Positions 8,434 to 16,312 of a stretch of DNA of 49,283 nucleotides are shown in pieces; the first letter of the stretch is position 1, and each line of letters begins with the position of its first letter. The notes beneath the pieces are model-generated. The model saw only the letters and a list, made by a program, of their open reading frames with translations. It was not told the DNA's origin and made no database searches. Origin of the DNA: Alistipes onderdonkii (lineage in GTDB: Bacteria > Bacillota_I > Bacilli_A > RFN20 > CAG-288); NCBI GenBank assembly GCA_963589675.1, contig CAVALL010000001.1:1-49283 (forward strand), in the 5' to 3' direction. The position numbers and the translations under genes are program-made.

Positions 8434-10854
8434 ATGAAAAAGCGTACTTTAGCATTCCTTCTCATCATTCCTTTCATCATCTCCTTACTCACTTTTGTGT
8501 CCATCAAAATCCTCGACAATCAGGTTGCTGTCGATATTTTAGGTATCGAATGGAACTATCAGGAGAACGAAGGATTCCAGATCGATGAGAAAGGATATGA
8601 ATTGAAGGCTACTCCAATCGTGGATCCCAATCTCATCCTTGCTAATGGAAATAATCTTGTCTGGTCCACCAAGAAGGTGAATGACAGTGATGATGAATAC
8701 GCAAAGGTAGAAGAGGAGAACGGAAAATATTATCTCTATGCCTTAAAGCCAGGTGAAGTAGAAGTCATCTGCTCCAATGAAAGAGGAAGCAAATCCAAGC
8801 ATTTCCTAGCTACAATCTTCGAAGATGGTGCCATGGTCATCAATCCAAAGAGAAAAGGAAGCGGAAGCTCTGTCACTTCCAATAAGTATTACGGATTGTA
8901 TGACTATGAGAACGAAGACAAGGTCAAGGCTAGCTTTGATCTTGTGACGACTGCCTATTATAGCGATAGGGGTACTAGCGTTAAGAATATCCTTGTCGAT
9001 TGCTCTAGCAATATCACATACGAGAATGGAACAGTATCTGTTCATTCTGCGGGTGATAGTTATGTAACCTTGGAAGAGCCGGATTATCATTACCGTGCCA
9101 CTTACACATTCAAGGTCATTGACGGTGTCAATGTCTACTCTTACTCTGATTTATTGTTAGGTACAAACAAGTCTCAAAGTGGTGAGAATATCGTCATGCA
9201 GGTCAATTTAGAGTCGTTGAAGAATACCTATACTTACGATAGTACAACTGGAAAATATACGGACGAAAAGTTATCAACTAGCAAAGACAATACAGAGCTC
9301 TTTGGTAACTTCGACTTCACTAGTCAGACATTCTCCTTTGATCAGGAATATTACACCTTTGAGACGACCTATGATTCTACCTATATCGATCAATACAATA
9401 GGGAGAAATATACGGATGTCTCTAAGGATGTCATTGCTGGCATCCATTTGAAGAAGGGATTATACGGAAACGGCTTTACTATCAACATGAACGGATTATG
9501 CTATCCGAATCATGGTGAGATCGATAAATATACGGGAAAGAGAGTGCCGAAGAAAAAGAGTGAAGCCAAGAAGGGTGAAGCCTATGACTACTTCTATGGT
9601 CCGCTTCCCTTTGTTGCTGTCGGTGATATGGTATCATTCCCATTAGTCACTGCCTTAGGACAGGATAACTGTGGAATCTATATCGATGATGACAATGTCA
9701 TTATTGATGATGTGAAGTTATCCAATGTTGATGAAGTCGATAATCTCTATAATCTCTCTTATACAGGAAGCATTGTCGATGTGAAAGGCAAGAATGCGAC
9801 AATCCGTAATTCTGTCCTCTCCAACGGCAAAGTCTGTGTAAGAGCATATGACAGCGATAATCTACTTATCGATAACTGCATCTTGAAGAACTCTGGTGAA
9901 TTCACACTCCTATTAGGAAGTGATAAGAAGGATAGTTATGATGCATCTAGAAGAGTGCAGGATTACGGTATTGATAAGTCCTATTCTGAATTCTTCGATG
10001 ACTTGGATGAGAGTAAACAGGATACCGCAAATGGTGTCCTAAATGCCTTCTTGAATGCGACGATGGCTGGTACCTTGAAAGAGGGAGACTATAAGACACA
10101 ATTAGAACTGATTCAGAAGTATCTTGATACGGATACAAATAGCGGATATGCAGCGAATATCACAGTCAACAATACATTCTTCGGACGCTCTGGTGTCTTC
10201 TCAATAGCCTTTGAATCGATGTTCAATGGACCTCTCCTCTATGGCGGTATCCCGACGATGCTGACAAAGCTATTAGGCAGTTATCTCAATGCTCCTCTTC
10301 CGGAAAAGGTCGGTGGAACAAGTAGACCGGTCCATCTCACATTGAAGGGTGATACAAGATTCTATGATTGGAAGGACATCGATAGTATCGATGTATCTGC
10401 GCTCATTGAAGAGAATATCTCCCGTACTCTGAATCAGATGGGATACGGAAACAAGAACGTTACGATCGATGATATCTTCCCAATGAAATCAGCTCTGAAG
10501 AAAGAGTCTCAGACAAAAGGTCTTATCTATACCAAAGATGATAAGAGCTTTGTCAATACTGCCATTGCCTACTATGGTGGTGGCATGAATAACTCCGCTA
10601 TCGATATTGAAAGTGATACGACCTATAACAGCTATAGCGATGAAACGATTGTCTCATTGCTTGATGAGACGATTGAGAACAATAAGGGCGGTGGATTATC
10701 ATCACTTTTTGTCGATTGTGTCATTGTCACAATCGGTACCCATCCATTCCGGTTCATCACCAATGGAAGTGAAGAGAAGACAAGCCCTAGATTATTCGAT
10801 CAGGTTCCCGCGATTGACGGATTGAAGAAACATGTTCAGGAGGTAACAAAATGA
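8434..10854 (+). CDS. Signal-anchored exoprotein with Ig-like segment and right-handed beta-helix-like repeats
   Basis: N-terminus is MKKRTLAFLLIIPFIISLLTFV. The segment LKPGEVEVICSNERG is Big_2-like. The stretch NATIRNSVLSNGKVCVRAYDSDNLLIDNCILKNSGEF is typical of parallel beta-helix (pectate-lyase-fold) repeats. Confidence 0.5.
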   Translation: MKKRTLAFLLIIPFIISLLTFVSIKILDNQVAVDILGIEWNYQENEGFQIDEKGYELKATPIVDPNLILANGNNLVWSTKKVNDSDDEYAKVEEENGKYYLYALKPGEVEVICSNERGSKSKHFLATIFEDGAMVINPKRKGSGSSVTSNKYYGLYDYENEDKVKASFDLVTTAYYSDRGTSVKNILVDCSSNITYENGTVSVHSAGDSYVTLEEPDYHYRATYTFKVIDGVNVYSYSDLLLGTNKSQSGENIVMQVNLESLKNTYTYDSTTGKYTDEKLSTSKDNTELFGNFDFTSQTFSFDQEYYTFETTYDSTYIDQYNREKYTDVSKDVIAGIHLKKGLYGNGFTINMNGLCYPNHGEIDKYTGKRVPKKKSEAKKGEAYDYFYGPLPFVAVGDMVSFPLVTALGQDNCGIYIDDDNVIIDDVKLSNVDEVDNLYNLSYTGSIVDVKGKNATIRNSVLSNGKVCVRAYDSDNLLIDNCILKNSGEFTLLLGSDKKDSYDASRRVQDYGIDKSYSEFFDDLDESKQDTANGVLNAFLNATMAGTLKEGDYKTQLELIQKYLDTDTNSGYAANITVNNTFFGRSGVFSIAFESMFNGPLLYGGIPTMLTKLLGSYLNAPLPEKVGGTSRPVHLTLKGDTRFYDWKDIDSIDVSALIEENISRTLNQMGYGNKNVTIDDIFPMKSALKKESQTKGLIYTKDDKSFVNTAIAYYGGGMNNSAIDIESDTTYNSYSDETIVSLLDETIENNKGGGLSSLFVDCVIVTIGTHPFRFITNGSEEKTSPRLFDQVPAIDGLKKHVQEVTK

Positions 10855-11963
10855 AAAAAAGATTATTCAAAAGGATGATGCTGCTTGTAGCAGCTTTGAC
10901 TCTATCTTCACCTTTAGCTTCCTGCGCCTTCTTTGATACAGGAAGCGGAACACAGATCAAGGATGTCATCACAACCTATGATGATTCAACCGGTAATACG
11001 ATTGTCACTATCACCTTCACAAGTGATGATACTTCTCCGGTCTCTTTCAGCATTCCTCGTGGTATCTCGGGTAAAGATGGAGTATCCATCAAGAATGTCA
11101 CATCCCGTATCTCTGACGATGGTAATAGCATTGAACTCACTATCACCTATACCGATAGTAGTGTTGAAAACACGGTTATCTCTGTTCCTGTCTTACAGGG
11201 AAGAGGTGTCAAGGAAGTGTTGGTCGATAAGGATGAGGATGGAAATCCTACCATTCAGTTCATCTATAACGATAATACCAAAAGCTCTGTCATTACGATT
11301 CCAAGCGGTAAAGACGGTAACGGAATTGAGAGCTTTGAAGTCTCTGATCCCGATTCAAGCGGTAGAATGTCTGTTGTCATCAAGTTTACAGATGGCACAT
11401 CTACTACCTTTGAGATCAAGAACGGTGTCTCTGTCATGAATATCACCTACAATGATGAAAAGTCTGATTCAACTCATTATGTTCTGACTGTCACTTATTC
11501 AGATGGATACAGTGAAGATATCACCTTGGATAGACCTCGCTCGAACCATTGGTATACAGGTACAACGGCACCGGAGAAGGATGCTGTTGCCTCTTCCGAG
11601 GCAACAGAAGGTGACTTCTATCTCAACCGTGTCAATGGATACGTCTATCAGAAGGAGAGCAATGGAAACTGGACATTCCTCTTTGGTATGAAAGCAGATT
11701 CTTCCTCAGAAGAAAAAGTCTATCATACGGTCTTCTTTGATCCTGGTCTTGGTAAGATCAATGGTAATTCCAGTATCCTGATGTCTACTGTATTAGAGGG
11801 TAAGACAATGGATTTATCCGCTATTCCGACTCCTACCTATGATGATCATACCTTCTTAGGCTGGTATACGGATTTAGAGAATGTCAATGCTGGTAAGTTT
11901 ACGGATTTGACTCCTGTTATGTCTGATTTGAAGTTATATGCGAAATATCAAGCAAATAACTAA
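10851..11963 (+). CDS. Lipoprotein with tandem about 50-aa repeats, fibre-tip-like segment and C-terminal Listeria-Bacteroides (Flg_new) repeat
   Basis: ATGA start/stop overlap with the upstream gene. Lipobox is LASC. The repeats follow the pattern I-K-x-V..T-I-T-F/Y-T..I-P-x-G-x-x-GKDG (GISGKDGVSI, SGKDGNGI). GDFYLNRVNGYVYQKESNGNW resembles phage tail-fibre/collagen-like tip motifs. FLGWYTD...LYAKY is the Flg_new signature. Confidence 0.65.
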   Translation: MKKRLFKRMMLLVAALTLSSPLASCAFFDTGSGTQIKDVITTYDDSTGNTIVTITFTSDDTSPVSFSIPRGISGKDGVSIKNVTSRISDDGNSIELTITYTDSSVENTVISVPVLQGRGVKEVLVDKDEDGNPTIQFIYNDNTKSSVITIPSGKDGNGIESFEVSDPDSSGRMSVVIKFTDGTSTTFEIKNGVSVMNITYNDEKSDSTHYVLTVTYSDGYSEDITLDRPRSNHWYTGTTAPEKDAVASSEATEGDFYLNRVNGYVYQKESNGNWTFLFGMKADSSSEEKVYHTVFFDPGLGKINGNSSILMSTVLEGKTMDLSAIPTPTYDDHTFLGWYTDLENVNAGKFTDLTPVMSDLKLYAKYQANN

Positions 11964-12019
11964 ATCCGATATGGTAAAATAGTCACATTATATCTATACA
12001 TGGAAAGGAGGATAGCAAG

Positions 12020-12764
12020 ATGAAACGTAGGAAGAAAAACATCACAATCATTCAACCTTATCAGATACCATCTATCTGCCTCCTTTTGTCTGTCTCCTCA
12101 CTCTTTGGTATCGGGTTTGCAACCTGGTATGATACGGGGGGGGTTGAGAACTGAAGCAGAAAGCGTTACTGTCACTGTAGGAGAAGTTGTTTTAAACGAT
12201 ATTAGCCTAAAAGACTTTGGTTTTGATGTAGTTAGTGGAAGTACTACAAGCATTACAACATCAAAGCGATTAAGCGATGATGATGAATCAGTGACAGACA
12301 CTTTATTGAATTCTCATTGCGTATCTGTTAAAGCAACTGTTGATACCAATATTATGGGTAAAGCGGATTATTACGATGATCTTTATTTATCCATTTCTTT
12401 TGCGTATGAAGGTTATAGCAGTACGACAAATAACATCATTGAATCTCTAACTCTTTATCCAGAGAACTACGTTGGATATTCTTTTGATGGTATTAAGTCA
12501 AGTAAGACGACTCAAATGAAGAACGGAAAAACGACACTGTTTTATTTTCCAATGAAATCCCAAAATGATATTTCATTATCTTCCGTTGCTTTGATAGATA
12601 CAACATATCCAAAAACGAATATTCATAGTACAACTGGATTTGATTATAAAGTTCCGATCGTTTTTGAATTCACAATTGATGAGGATACATTGAATTCTGA
12701 ATTGGCGAATTCTTCTGTTAAATACAGTGTTACTTTTTCATTAGCTGAAGGAACAGCTAATTGA
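12020..12764 (+). pseudogene. Third member of the about 250-aa secreted family, frame-interrupted at a G8 tract (phase-variable gene or pseudogene)
   Basis: AAGGAGGA at 12005-12012 lies 7 nt before ATG 12020. The first frame reads MKRRKKNITIIQPYQIPSICLLLSVSSLFGIGFATWYDTGGVEN and stops at 12152-12154. With one fewer G it continues as ..DTGGLRTEAESVTVTVGEVV.. into ORF 12105..12764, giving about 247 aa. Confidence 0.75.
12136..12143 (+). repeat. Homopolymeric G8 tract at the frameshift point
   Basis: Read directly: gatacGGGGGGGGttgag. It is the only long G/C homopolymer I noticed in this AT-rich window. Confidence 0.95.
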
Positions 12765-12775
12765 GGAAACTTGTA

Positions 12776-15472
12776 ATGAAAAAGATTTCTTTGATTGCAA
12801 AACTATCCTGCGCTCTTGGAATGTTATTGACTATTTTTGGCGTCATTGGTTTTTCTGATTATATTGCAGACACAATAAATACTTCAGATAAGACTAGTGT
12901 CAAAGACAATGCCGTTGATGATGGTGAAATGGTTACGTTGAGTTTCAAGTATGCGGTTTGTACAGGTTCGAAGATAGTCAAGCAAGATGAGACTACGGAA
13001 ATATTATCAAATACAATTAGTTCGACGGATAGAAAGAGCGATGCTGCAAAAACAAAATATTATGCTTTGTTTGACTGCTTAGAAAAGTATGTTGATGCAG
13101 ATGAATGCCCTGAACGTGAGACTACATTTAAGAAAGGAGAAACGTTTACTTATACTGGGATCAATGAATATTCTGGATATTATGTCATTCTTAATGTTAC
13201 TCAAAAAACATACCATAGTTCCTACACCTTGGCTGGGAAAACTTATGATAATTATTATGGTGCATATACTATATCCGTACAAAAATACGATATTGTTACT
13301 AGTTATGACTATTATGACTATGCGATCAAAGATAAGGTGGAAGTGAATAAAAATACAAAATTTACACTCACCGATTTGTATGGGATTATATCATTGGCCA
13401 CTGATGATAATTACAAGTTGGTGGGACTTGCTGAAGAGACGACAGAAGGCAAGCCAAGTGGAACGATAGTTTCATTGCCGTTGCAAGTTAGTGCTTCCGG
13501 CACTTATTACGCACTTTTCAATAAGACGAGTATGGATGGGAAATATGTTTTGGGAAAGACAATCTCTGGTTATACTACGAAAGGGACGTATACATTTAAT
13601 GCTCAGGTTGCTCAAAATGAATTTAATCTGACCAATGATGCTTCTTATTATGCGACAGATAAAGTTGTATTTCTCGGTGATAATTCTTCGACGATAACAA
13701 CATCAGGTGGACAAACTGCCGTTGGGACAAAAATCTCATCAGATGTAACAGTTAATTTTGGTTTGAATAGTGGCGATGTTTTTGTGAAAACATCCTCATC
13801 GATAAATACTAACGATCTTGAACCTGAAGATACTGAACATTCAAGACAATATACGGTTTGCCTGCAATCTGACTTGTATGTTTATGGAACTCTTGCTATT
13901 GGTGCAAACTGCGGTACAACGAACAACACCTATTATGAGGGACATATTTGTAATGAGTATGTGGCTTTAGATTTGAATGGTCACAATATCTATTTGGAAA
14001 ATGGCACTCTTAATATATATGGCTTAATTAAAAATTCAAAAGATGACGGAGAAATAATTTCATATGGCGGAGAAATTAATACTCTAGCAGTAATTTATGA
14101 TTATCGCGGAGGCAATGCAACGACATCGCTTGTCAATCAGAAGGTTATGCCGTTTCAGATTTATTCATTGCCTTATTTTAGGTGCAAAGCTCGTCTTTGC
14201 TATTCATCGGATTATGGGTGGACGCAGTTTAATGCTGTTTGTTATGCGACTGTCGCTAAACTCTTAGGTGCGCCAGTACCTGTAACTATTAAGATCAATT
14301 TTATTGGCGGTTTGGATGATGAGGTTCTATTCAAAATAGCTGAACAGACAGACTCTTATGTTGAAATCGAAGGCTATAAAAATGATAAAGTCACTGAAAA
14401 TAAAGAAATCTCTAGTGATGAGGTTAAACTGTGTTTGTCTCAAAGATTAAAAATCACTTTTCGTAATTGCTCTGTTAAGATGTCAAATATTGAGATGGAC
14501 ATTGCTTCAGGTTACAAAGTGAATACAAAGGACTACAATTTCCCTGTCTCTAGCTTCTTTGATATTTTGCTGGTAAATACTGATTTGACTTTCTCACAGT
14601 CACTAAAGATGATGCCAGGAATGTCCTTTATCGCTGATAAAGATAGCAATGTTATCCTTTCTTATGATTCCACTAACAAGAAATCAGCACAGATATCTGT
14701 TCTTGGAGAGAATGCCTATTATTATGATTCTGAAAAAGAAACGATGGTAAAGAATGATCTTATTGCAGAAAATCAATTAACATTCACTGCATCATTCTTT
14801 AAATCCGAATCATTGTGGAAATATTATAGTGGTAGTCGTTTTAAGATTTATGGAACACTTGTATTTCAAGGTGGTAATGCTGATATAAGAGAATATCTAT
14901 TAGCTGGGCAAATGGATTTCAATCGTGTTGCATATTCTTCGGATGGAACAACATCCAATCTCGAATATATAGAGTTTTCTGAAAATGAAAATCCATTTGC
15001 AAAGCTAATGGAAAAACATAGTGATGTAAAGATACTCACATATGGATATGATTATTTGCTTGGCAGTTCAGACTTAAAGGCAGTCATCAAAGGATATTCT
15101 CGTCCATTAGTTTCTTATGGTAAAGGTTATTATACAAATGGTAGTTCCGCTGATGCTAAAGTCGGAGACTATAGCTTCAGAACAGGAATATTCAAAGTCA
15201 GTGATACTGAGATGTATTACTTCAACATTGGTGAAACCTTTACCTTAAGTGATAATTCAACCTGCTCATTAGAACCTTGTACCTATGATGAAGCAGAGCA
15301 TACTTTTACGGATACAAAAACAAATACAAAGTATGCATACTTTGCTTCTTCCTATTATCCGTATACAAATACAGATGGAACAATAACTCTGAATGTGACT
15401 AGATCTAATTCATCAACGACATCCGTTACTGTTGTATATAATTCGACATTGGATCGTTGGCTGAGGAAATAG
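12776..15472 (+). CDS. Large secreted protein of unknown function with related N-terminal signal motif
   Basis: ORF 12761..15472; GAGGAA lies upstream of ATG 12776. N-terminus is MKKISLIAKLSCALGMLLTIFGVIGFSDYIADT. The sequence is rich in Thr/Ser/Asn/Tyr, with beta-rich repeats such as LDLNGHNIYLENGTLNIYGLI. Confidence 0.6.
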   Translation: MKKISLIAKLSCALGMLLTIFGVIGFSDYIADTINTSDKTSVKDNAVDDGEMVTLSFKYAVCTGSKIVKQDETTEILSNTISSTDRKSDAAKTKYYALFDCLEKYVDADECPERETTFKKGETFTYTGINEYSGYYVILNVTQKTYHSSYTLAGKTYDNYYGAYTISVQKYDIVTSYDYYDYAIKDKVEVNKNTKFTLTDLYGIISLATDDNYKLVGLAEETTEGKPSGTIVSLPLQVSASGTYYALFNKTSMDGKYVLGKTISGYTTKGTYTFNAQVAQNEFNLTNDASYYATDKVVFLGDNSSTITTSGGQTAVGTKISSDVTVNFGLNSGDVFVKTSSSINTNDLEPEDTEHSRQYTVCLQSDLYVYGTLAIGANCGTTNNTYYEGHICNEYVALDLNGHNIYLENGTLNIYGLIKNSKDDGEIISYGGEINTLAVIYDYRGGNATTSLVNQKVMPFQIYSLPYFRCKARLCYSSDYGWTQFNAVCYATVAKLLGAPVPVTIKINFIGGLDDEVLFKIAEQTDSYVEIEGYKNDKVTENKEISSDEVKLCLSQRLKITFRNCSVKMSNIEMDIASGYKVNTKDYNFPVSSFFDILLVNTDLTFSQSLKMMPGMSFIADKDSNVILSYDSTNKKSAQISVLGENAYYYDSEKETMVKNDLIAENQLTFTASFFKSESLWKYYSGSRFKIYGTLVFQGGNADIREYLLAGQMDFNRVAYSSDGTTSNLEYIEFSENENPFAKLMEKHSDVKILTYGYDYLLGSSDLKAVIKGYSRPLVSYGKGYYTNGSSADAKVGDYSFRTGIFKVSDTEMYYFNIGETFTLSDNSTCSLEPCTYDEAEHTFTDTKTNTKYAYFASSYYPYTNTDGTITLNVTRSNSSTTSVTVVYNSTLDRWLRK

Positions 15473-15474
15473 CG

Positions 15475-16200
15475 ATGTTACCAAGTATATGGAAGATACC
15501 ATCTTTGATATTCTTTTGGGTGATTGGTATCATTGTTAGTGTCGTTTATTATGTGCTGACATCTAAGAAATATCAGAGGAAATGGTACATTTCTCTCCTA
15601 TTAGGTTTTGTAATGATTATCCTTGAAACATTTGCAGCTAAGATTATGTTTCTTATTGAAAATCCATCATCTATTAAGGACGGTATTTCATGGAAAGGCG
15701 GATATTCTCTTTTTGGCGTGTTTTTCTTCTGTCCCTTGTTTTTATTGCTATTATCTTGGATACTGAAAATTCATTATTTGAACCTGATGGATTTCCTTGT
15801 TCCAGGTATTTTAATTGAACTATCACTTTATCGTATCGGTTGTATGTGTGCAGGCTGTTGCTATGGTATAGAGGTGGGATGGGGAATTACAAATGGAACA
15901 ATGAATGGATTATTCCCTGTTCAACCAATAGAAGTAGGATTGGATCTTATTACATTCTTATTGATTCATATCCTAATGACTAAGGATAAGTTAAGAAGAG
16001 GAGAAGCTTTCTATATAACCTATATCTCTTATGGTCTTATCCGTTTCACTATGGAATTCCTAAGACATAGAACAAATGTAGTAGGTATATTATCAGCCAG
16101 TCATTTCTATGCTCTTGCTATTCTGATATTTGGAACTGTAATGTTGATCTATTCAAGAACGCATAAAAAGAAAGAAAGGGATGAGGCATCACATCTTTAA
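15475..16200 (+). CDS. Lgt-family (prolipoprotein diacylglyceryl transferase-like) membrane protein
   Basis: ORF 15457..16200; ATG 15475 lies 2 nt after the upstream stop with GAGGAA upstream. It is polytopic. Motifs SWKGGYSLFG, YRIGCMCAGCCYG and FPVQPIEVGLDL match conserved Lgt blocks (W-GG, GR-G..G, P-Q-YE) as I remember them. Confidence 0.55.
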   Translation: MLPSIWKIPSLIFFWVIGIIVSVVYYVLTSKKYQRKWYISLLLGFVMIILETFAAKIMFLIENPSSIKDGISWKGGYSLFGVFFFCPLFLLLLSWILKIHYLNLMDFLVPGILIELSLYRIGCMCAGCCYGIEVGWGITNGTMNGLFPVQPIEVGLDLITFLLIHILMTKDKLRRGEAFYITYISYGLIRFTMEFLRHRTNVVGILSASHFYALAILIFGTVMLIYSRTHKKKERDEASHL

Positions 16201-16271
16201 CTTAGACTGATTTCTAGTATCTGATGTGATCAAATTTGTAAGTGACAAGAACAAATGGAATCTCAAACAAA

Positions 16272-16312
16272 AACGATAGGATCAGAATCTTACCAATCCT
16301 ATCGTTATATTT
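16272..16312. terminator. Bidirectional rho-independent terminator between convergent operons
   Basis: 11-bp stem aacgataggat / atcctatcgtt (16272-16282 and 16296-16306). It is followed by atattttta on + and by tttgttt on -. Confidence 0.7.

Noticed and set aside
10933-11439. 168-aa ORF in an alternative + frame inside the lipoprotein gene.
   Set aside because: It is fully embedded in a gene with a clear lipobox, repeats and a Flg_new motif. The alternative translation is Ser/Leu/Arg-rich with no start context.
8434-15472. Possibility that the tail-fibre-like lipoprotein and beta-helix proteins mark a prophage or tailocin.
   Set aside because: There are no capsid, portal, terminase, tape-measure, baseplate, holin or integrase genes in the window. 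The proteins carry a signal anchor, a lipobox or a signal motif typical of host exported proteins.
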